In this document: one piece after another, positions 63,963 to 64,000 of the stretch
Layout: each line of letters opens with the position of its first letter
Numbering within the stretch: position 1 is the stretch's first letter
Assembly (NCBI GenBank): GCA_963830245.1
Contig: CAWHNC010000090.1
Span: 59,187-123,186 of the forward strand
Direction of reading: 5' to 3'
Length of the DNA stretch: 64,000 nucleotides
DNA from: Nitrospirota bacterium
GTDB lineage: Bacteria; Nitrospirota; Thermodesulfovibrionia; Thermodesulfovibrionales; Dissulfurispiraceae
Program-made: the position numbers and the translations under genes
Notes under the pieces: model-generated
What the model saw: only the letters and a program-made list of their open reading frames with translations
The model's database searches: none
Told to the model about the DNA's origin: nothing

Positions 63963-64000
63963 CTTCAGCCGGCCTCTGGCACTGTCAAATTCGATATCCG

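Noticed and set aside
1-64000. A search for mobile elements, tRNA/rRNA genes, CRISPR arrays, reverse transcriptases and classical defence genes.
   Set aside because: None were found by eye. The only selfish-type module is the Doc/AbrB toxin-antitoxin pair, and the only compositional island is the single GC-rich gene at 19.2-20.2 kb.

Overview
64-kb chromosomal window. I saw no rRNA, tRNA, CRISPR array, transposase or integrase. Gene content points to a Gram-negative-type (LptF/LptG) anaerobic sulfur-metabolising bacterium. Left end: a glycolytic cluster (class II FBP aldolase, pgk, two tandem PFK paralogues) and housekeeping genes. 11.3-19.2 kb: a PrpR_N-PAS-AAA+ sigma-54 activator lies divergent from a textbook -24/-12 promoter. 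That promoter drives a tightly packed six-gene operon: 4Fe-4S protein, unknown, CooF, a compact 482-aa CooS-type CODH homologue, an FAD/NAD(P) oxidoreductase and a Zn-ADH. I rate this the most interesting system in the window. 19.2-20.2 kb: a single strongly GC-rich thioredoxin-reductase-like gene, probably horizontally acquired. 24.4-28.2 kb: a small accessory islet (CMD, HMA, stand-alone LigD phosphoesterase, methyltransferase, Doc/AbrB toxin-antitoxin) containing two diverged ~130-bp direct repeats. 34.4-47.7 kb: a complete dsr locus (dsrABD, dsrN, unknown HEAT/Zn-ribbon protein, dsrC, dsrT-like, dsrMKJOP, ferredoxin) next to a convergent dsrH/E/F-like plus tusA operon. 50-53 kb: a fluoride riboswitch driving crcB, a double-DUF190 protein and a HAD protein. 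53.9-62.8 kb: a minus-strand envelope cluster with an apparently split sigma factor, a zf-HC2 anti-sigma, an M48/TPR protease, three LPP20-like proteins and a trypsin-like protease. Non-coding highlights are an orphan ~230-nt structured transcript with a consensus promoter and intrinsic terminator (11.06-11.29 kb), and several long intergenic hairpins whose arms are built from short tandem words. Caveat: four reading-frame breaks (pgk, second PFK, sigma-54 activator, sigma factor) all sit at short homopolymers, so sequencing or assembly error must be excluded before any biology is read into them. All homology calls are motif recognition from memory; no database search or folding program was run.
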